Assembly (NCBI GenBank): GCA_028700115.1
Contig: JAQVTI010000008.1
Span: forward strand, 5,461 to 37,460
Reading direction: 5' to 3'
Origin: Candidatus Iainarchaeum sp.
Lineage (GTDB): Archaea; Iainarchaeota; Iainarchaeia; Iainarchaeales; CSSED10-239
Length of the DNA stretch: 32,000 nucleotides
Shown here: positions 26,707 to 32,000 of the stretch, piece after piece
Position numbering within the stretch: the stretch's first letter is position 1
Layout of the letters: each line of letters begins with the position of its first letter
The notes under the pieces: generated by a model
Databases searched by the model: none
What the model saw: only the letters and a program-made list of their open reading frames with translations
Told to the model about the DNA's origin: nothing
Translations under genes and position numbers: made by a program

Positions 26707-27278
26707 ATATTATCATTTTTTGACATAACCTCTAAAAGATGAACTCTTTGACTAATATTTTTAAAAGATTCATCCTCATCAGGCATTTTAGTTATACCAA
26801 TATAATTCATAAGTTCTTCTTTAGATACAGAAAACAAACTTGCAGCTTGATTTGCAGAAAGCCCATAAGCATAAGCAGTTGATGCAAGTTTAATTCTAGC
26901 ATCATCTAAAATACGCGAAATATATCTTCCAAGTTCTTTATCTGATTTTTCGATAATTAATTGAATATTTTTAATTACATTATTAAATTTGGAAAGATCT
27001 AATTCATTAAAAACATTTATAGAAATATCTAAATTTTGTAAAATCTCAAATTCATATTCTTTCCATGAATCACTATTTATAAAATGCTTTTTAGAAATAA
27101 TTTTTCTAAGAGCATAAATAATTACACAAATTTCCGAAAGATCTTTATTGTCATTATTAATTGAGATTTCTAAAACAATAGATTCTAAATCATGTAAAGC
27201 TTGTGAATTTTTTTGTTTTATAAAATCAATTATTTTAGAAATTATTTCAATATATTTTAATTGATCTATATTTGTCAT
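26703..27278 (-). CDS. Alpha-helical protein with C-terminal HTH-like segment
   Basis: 191 aa; STAYAYGLSANQAASLFSVSKEELMNYIG resembles an HTH; overlaps the PIN gene by 4 bp. Confidence 0.65.
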   Translation of the reverse strand: MTNIDQLKYIEIISKIIDFIKQKNSQALHDLESIVLEISINNDNKDLSEICVIIYALRKIISKKHFINSDSWKEYEFEILQNLDISINVFNELDLSKFNNVIKNIQLIIEKSDKELGRYISRILDDARIKLASTAYAYGLSANQAASLFSVSKEELMNYIGITKMPDEDESFKNISQRVHLLEVMSKNDNI

Positions 27279-27419
27279 ATATTATCTAAATTTATAAAAT
27301 TATAGATATAATTATAAAACAAAAGTTATTTATATTCTATTAATTATATATATTATAAAATATATTATAAAATATATTATAAAATATAAAAAATAAAATT
27401 AAAAAACCTTTGGGAAAAT

Positions 27420-27908
27420 ATGAGTTTATATAAAGATAATTTTTCAATAAATTTAAGTAAAAAAACAAAAATAAGTTTATTAATAATTATAATTTCAATA
27501 ATACTAATTATATTAACAACAATATTTATAATAAATATAGATATCAATATATTTAAATCAAACCCTATAAATGGGAAATTTAAAACAAATCCTTTAATTT
27601 TATCAAAATCTAATAATTCTATATTAGAAATAAATATAAAAAATAATCAAGAAAAAGATGTAAATAATACACAAATAGAAATTAAAAATATAGAAAAAGG
27701 ATTTAATATATTTTGTGATAACTCAGAAGAAGGATTTGAAAATATAATAAATATTGAAAAAATATCTAAAAATAATAAAAGAACATTATATTGTGATATT
27801 AGAGTTATTGATAAAAATATTTTAGAAGGAACCTACAGTTTTGATATAAAATATTATATAAATAATGAAAAATATAATAAAAGAATAAACTTAGAAATAA
27901 AAAAGTGA
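27420..27908 (+). CDS. Single-TM anchored extracellular beta-rich protein
   Basis: N-terminal TM (ISLLIIIISIILIILTTIFIINI) followed by an Ig-like sequence. Confidence 0.6.
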   Translation: MSLYKDNFSINLSKKTKISLLIIIISIILIILTTIFIINIDINIFKSNPINGKFKTNPLILSKSNNSILEINIKNNQEKDVNNTQIEIKNIEKGFNIFCDNSEEGFENIINIEKISKNNKRTLYCDIRVIDKNILEGTYSFDIKYYINNEKYNKRINLEIKK

Positions 27909-27914
27909 AAATAA

Positions 27915-28652
27915 ATGTTTGATATATTTTTTAAAGGATTTAATTATTTTAAAAAAAAATTAAATTTATTATATGCCTTAATTATTTTTATTATAATAAA
28001 TATAATTATATATAATCTTATAAATCCAGCAATTTTAAAATTAAATGAAATACAAAAATTATATTTTGAAAAACCAATATATATAATTACATATATTTTT
28101 TCAAACTATTTTTTAGAAACAATATTTTATATAATAATTTTATTTATTATAAGTTATTTAATATTACTTATTACAAATCTTTTTGCAAGCTATAAATCAG
28201 AAAAAAAAATAATAAATGTCTTAAAAAATACATTTAATTTTACAATTATTTTTTATTTTATTAATATTGCATTTTTTCTATTATTAATTTTATTTTCAAG
28301 TTACTTTAACATAATTACATTTATCTTAATAATATTATTAAGTATTATAAATTATATTACAATTACAACAATTTTATTAGGGCTAATAATAAATGGATTA
28401 GAAAAACAAACAATTGCAGAAAGCTTAGAAAAAGCATGGCAATTTATAAAAAATAGATTTTGGTTAATAATTGTTTTCTATATATTTTTAATAATTTTTA
28501 TAGGATTATTTATAATATTAATTGATTGGATATTAATATTAATATTTGGATTTGAAGAAATTATAAATTTAATTTTTAATAATATAATTGTAATAATAAT
28601 AGGACTTTATGTACTTAACTCTATTATAGAATTTGTAAAAAAATATAAATAA
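27915..28652 (+). CDS. Multi-TM membrane protein
   Basis: 245 aa with about 6 TM helices, 6 bp after the preceding ORF (probable operon). Confidence 0.65.
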   Translation: MFDIFFKGFNYFKKKLNLLYALIIFIIINIIIYNLINPAILKLNEIQKLYFEKPIYIITYIFSNYFLETIFYIIILFIISYLILLITNLFASYKSEKKIINVLKNTFNFTIIFYFINIAFFLLLILFSSYFNIITFILIILLSIINYITITTILLGLIINGLEKQTIAESLEKAWQFIKNRFWLIIVFYIFLIIFIGLFIILIDWILILIFGFEEIINLIFNNIIVIIIGLYVLNSIIEFVKKYK

Positions 28653-28653
28653 T

Positions 28654-29358
28654 TTAAACCCATAAAAGAATTTTTAAAAGAGGATCATCCTTTTGGGTTT
28701 CTTTTTTTTGATAATATTTTTTTGCATGACAAACTAAAAGAGCATGGAATTCTTGAAAAAATGAAATCTTTTCTTTATTATTCAAATTAAAATAAGTTCT
28801 ATTAAATATATTAGATATACTTTCATAAGATAACTCTAAATCATTAATAATTCCTAAATTAAATAAAATTCTTCTAGTATATGCATCAACTATAAAAAAT
28901 GGTTTATTAAAAGCATACAAAAGCATAGAATCAGCAGTTTCTGGGCCAATACCTTTTATATCTAATAATTTATCTCTATTTATATTTTTAATTTTAGTAG
29001 ATCTATAAAATTTAGTAAAATTTAAAATATATTCTGATTTCTGATTATAATAACCAGCAGGTTTAATAATTTCAGCTAATTTTTCTAAATTTATATTCAT
29101 AATTTTTTTTGAATTTAACAATTTATTAGAATCAAGTGCTAATATACCTAAAAATGCATTATTCCAAGAAGTATTTTGAGCAAGAATACATCCTATACAA
29201 ATTTCATAAATTTGTTTTTTTTTTTTTGGAAAAGCATAATCATGAGGATGATAATAATTACCAGTCTTTTTATAAACTGAAATCAAAGGCCACCAACCTT
29301 GATAACCATATTCCATTATTAAAAAATTATAAATTTTAATTATTTTTTTTGAGCTCAT
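28654..29358 (-). CDS. HhH-GPD DNA glycosylase, endonuclease III-like (no Fe-S cluster)
   Basis: GWWPLISVYKKTGNYYHPHDY, ICIGCILAQNTSWNNAF, LLDIKGIGPETADSMLLYAFNKPFFIVDAYTRRIL (HhH + catalytic Asp). Confidence 0.85.
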   Translation of the reverse strand: MSSKKIIKIYNFLIMEYGYQGWWPLISVYKKTGNYYHPHDYAFPKKKKQIYEICIGCILAQNTSWNNAFLGILALDSNKLLNSKKIMNINLEKLAEIIKPAGYYNQKSEYILNFTKFYRSTKIKNINRDKLLDIKGIGPETADSMLLYAFNKPFFIVDAYTRRILFNLGIINDLELSYESISNIFNRTYFNLNNKEKISFFQEFHALLVCHAKKYYQKKETQKDDPLLKILLWV

Positions 29359-29390
29359 AAAAATTATTCCTAAAAAAAAATTTAAAAAAA

Positions 29391-31763
29391 TTAAAAAGAA
29401 ATAATATCTTTATTTACATATATTATTTCTTTAATTGAATGTGTATTTTTAATATCTTTTTCAATTATTTTATATTTTTCAAAAAGATTAATTTTTTCAA
29501 TAGAATCTTTTAGAGAAAGATTATTTTCTTTTTTAAATTTCCAAATAGAATTATTTAAATTTTCAATATCTTCTAATTTTAAAATAGAATTAAATTGCTC
29601 ATATTTTGGAAATTTAAAAGAATGTATATCTTTTTCAAATAAAACTTCTAATATTCTGTTTGTTGTAAATGGAATAATTGGATAAAATAAATATAACAAT
29701 TTTTCAAGAGCATATCTTAATGTATCAATTGCACCATTTTGTTCTTCTTTAGAATATTTTTCATTTTCATTATAAGCTCTATTTTTTACAAGCTCAAGAT
29801 AATGTGAAGAAAAAGTAGTCCATAAAAAACTTTTAATTTTTTTAATAGCCATATGAAAATCATATTTATTATATAAACTATCAACTTCTGTTATTAATAA
29901 ATTAATTTCTTTTTTAATTAATAAATCAAGATCAGTAAACTTACTTTCAATTCCTTCTGCTTTTTTAAACAAAGAAACAAATTTAGATACATTCCATAAT
30001 TTATTTATAGTTTTTTGTTCTGCTTTTATAGACTCTAATGAACATTTAAAATCTTTTTGATCTAAATTACCTTCAGAAACTGCCCAAAGTCTAAAACTTT
30101 CTGCTCCAAAATTATCTAAAATTTCTGGAGGGTCTATATAATTTCCTAAAGATTTAGACATTTTAAATCCTTTATCATCTAAAATATGCTGATGGATATA
30201 TGCATTATCAAATATTCTTTTACCAGTAACTAAATATGCTTTTAAAAGAGTATAATAAAGCCAAGTTCTAACAATCTCTTTTCCTTGAGGTCTTAGAGAA
30301 CAAACTGGATGTTTTTTAAAAAAATCAGTTCCATATCCTAAAATATATAAAGGAGAATTTGATGAATCAAACCAAGTATCTAAAACTCTTTTATCTCCAA
30401 TAAATTCAGTGCATCCACATTTTGGACATTTATCAATTGGAGCTTTATCAATCCATGGTTTTTGGTATTTTGTAGAATCACCTAAAATAACTTCTCCACA
30501 ATCTTTACAATACCATAAAGGAACTTCAGTTGCATAAAATCTCTTTCTAGAAATTGGCCAATCAGTAGAAACCACTTCAAGCCAATCGTCTAAGATTTTT
30601 TTAGTTTGTGGATTTGTAAAATTAATATCTTCTGATAACTTTTTAATATCTTCAATATAATCTAATTGTTTTAAATAAAATTCTTTTTGTGAAATAAACT
30701 CAACTTCATGTTTTGATCTTTCACAAATAGGAACTTTATGAACTATACTTTTTTGTTCTGTTAATAAATCTGAAGCTTTTAAATCTTCAATAATTTTTTC
30801 TCTTGCTTCTTTTATCTTTAAGCCTTCATACTTTTGTGCATTTGAATTCATTCTACCAGTAATATCTATAGAAATTATTGGTTTTATACCTTGTTCTCTA
30901 AAAAATCTAATATCTGAATAATCTCCTGCAGAACACATCATAACAAGTCCTGTTCCTTTATCTTGTTTTGCTTGAGGATGTGCTTTAATAGGAACTTTAA
31001 TATTAAAAATAGGAGTAATTGCAGTTTTTCCTTCAAGATGCTTATATCTATCATCTTCAGGATTAAAAATAACCATACCTATACTAGGAATTAATTCAGG
31101 TCTAGTTGTTGCAATTGGAATTTTTTCTCCAGTCTCTTTAACTTCAAATAAGATTGTATTAAAATATGATTCAATTTCTTTATATTCAATCTCAGAATCT
31201 GCAATTGTTGTCTTACATCCAGGACAATAGTTTGCAACTTTTTCATCTTCATAAATTAAACCTTTTTTATATAGGTCTAAAAAAGTTTTTTGAGTTAATT
31301 TCCTATATTTATAAGAATCTGTTTCATAAACAGAACCAATATTTTCATTAATTTCATATTCATTAAAACTAACACCAATTTTTCTAAAAGATTCTTGTGT
31401 TTTTCCAGAATATTCTTCTAGAAGTTTTTTACAATTAAAAACATATTCTTCTCTTGGTGTTTTTAAAATAGACATTTTAAATTTCTTTTCAGCTGCCATT
31501 TCAATTGGTAAACCATTTCTATCAAGTCCTAAAGGAAAAATTATATTAAATCCTTTAGATCTCTTATATCTAGCAATCATATCCATAATAGCATAAGTTG
31601 TAGCTTGCCCAATATGTATTGGTCTATTTAGATATGGAGGAGGGGTATCTATTGAAAAAACAGGTTTTTCTTCAGATTCTATAAATCTAAATTTTTTATT
31701 TTCAATTTCTTTTTGTATAATTTCTTTTTCTAAATCTTTGTTCCATTTTTCTAATGTTTTCAT
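29391..31763 (-). CDS. valS: Valyl-tRNA synthetase
   Basis: TPPPYLNRPIHIGQ (HIGH-like), STDWPISRKRFYATEVPLWYCKDCGEVI, GFKMSKSLGNYIDP (KMSKS). Confidence 0.93.
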   Translation of the reverse strand: MKTLEKWNKDLEKEIIQKEIENKKFRFIESEEKPVFSIDTPPPYLNRPIHIGQATTYAIMDMIARYKRSKGFNIIFPLGLDRNGLPIEMAAEKKFKMSILKTPREEYVFNCKKLLEEYSGKTQESFRKIGVSFNEYEINENIGSVYETDSYKYRKLTQKTFLDLYKKGLIYEDEKVANYCPGCKTTIADSEIEYKEIESYFNTILFEVKETGEKIPIATTRPELIPSIGMVIFNPEDDRYKHLEGKTAITPIFNIKVPIKAHPQAKQDKGTGLVMMCSAGDYSDIRFFREQGIKPIISIDITGRMNSNAQKYEGLKIKEAREKIIEDLKASDLLTEQKSIVHKVPICERSKHEVEFISQKEFYLKQLDYIEDIKKLSEDINFTNPQTKKILDDWLEVVSTDWPISRKRFYATEVPLWYCKDCGEVILGDSTKYQKPWIDKAPIDKCPKCGCTEFIGDKRVLDTWFDSSNSPLYILGYGTDFFKKHPVCSLRPQGKEIVRTWLYYTLLKAYLVTGKRIFDNAYIHQHILDDKGFKMSKSLGNYIDPPEILDNFGAESFRLWAVSEGNLDQKDFKCSLESIKAEQKTINKLWNVSKFVSLFKKAEGIESKFTDLDLLIKKEINLLITEVDSLYNKYDFHMAIKKIKSFLWTTFSSHYLELVKNRAYNENEKYSKEEQNGAIDTLRYALEKLLYLFYPIIPFTTNRILEVLFEKDIHSFKFPKYEQFNSILKLEDIENLNNSIWKFKKENNLSLKDSIEKINLFEKYKIIEKDIKNTHSIKEIIYVNKDIISF

Positions 31764-31834
31764 AAATAATCTTGTTTTATTTTATATAATATAATATATA
31801 ATGAAAATGTTTAAATATAGTATATTTACATAAA

Positions 31835-32000
31835 ATTAAAAGTATATTACAAAAACTGTCCAATAAATAATGCAAATTAAAAATATATTACAAATACTAT
31901 ACAATAAATAATATAAATTAAAAATATATTACAAATACTATACAATAAATAATATAAATTAAAAATATATTACAAATACTATACAATAAATAATATAAAT
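31835..32000. repeat. 41-bp AT-rich tandem repeat array, 4+ copies, continuing past the window
   Basis: ATTAAAAATATATTACAAATACTATACAATAAATAATATAA units begin at 31835 (degenerate), 31876, 31917, 31958 and 31999. Confidence 0.95.

Noticed and set aside
26038-27278. VapBC-type toxin-antitoxin system
   Set aside because: The PIN-like protein is larger than usual, the partner is 191 aa and helical, and the cluster continues with further genes; no classic antitoxin signature.
31835-32000. Possible CRISPR array
   Set aside because: Units are contiguous 41-bp copies with no variable spacers; simple tandem repeat.

Overview
AT-rich archaeal chromosomal window, most likely from a DPANN (Woesearchaeota/Pacearchaeota-like) genome. 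Support comes from ribosomal protein L44e, HerA and NurA, an XPD-type helicase, archaeal valyl-tRNA synthetase, box C/D RNA, a BHB-type tRNA intron and GGTGA-like Shine-Dalgarno sites. Recognisable genes are nurA, htpX, a beta-CASP/MBL nuclease-like protein, lemA, ppsA, an EFR1-like flavodoxin/ferredoxin protein, an XPD/Rad3 helicase, rpl44e, an intein-containing herA, an MFS transporter, a divergent RpiA-like protein, a PIN-domain protein, an EndoIII-family glycosylase and valS. Several surface proteins are also present: one very large membrane-anchored protein runs off the left edge, one carries a tail-fibre-like stalk, and one carries Cys-rich 29-aa repeats. There are three tRNA genes: Trp with an intron, Glu and Met. 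The most interesting items are: an intein splitting the HerA Walker A lysine/serine, with an apparently inactivated homing endonuclease; a textbook box C/D sRNA at 24914-24973 whose D guide fits 16S position C1402 (E. coli numbering); the 116-nt BHB intron of tRNA-Trp; an elongator-like tRNA-Met with C55; an RpiA-like protein with degraded catalytic loops; a standalone PEP-utiliser swivelling domain next to a gene with a broken 5' end; a 41-bp tandem array at the right edge; and a systematic start-codon artefact caused by SD motifs. I do not see a CRISPR array, transposase or clear defence island.
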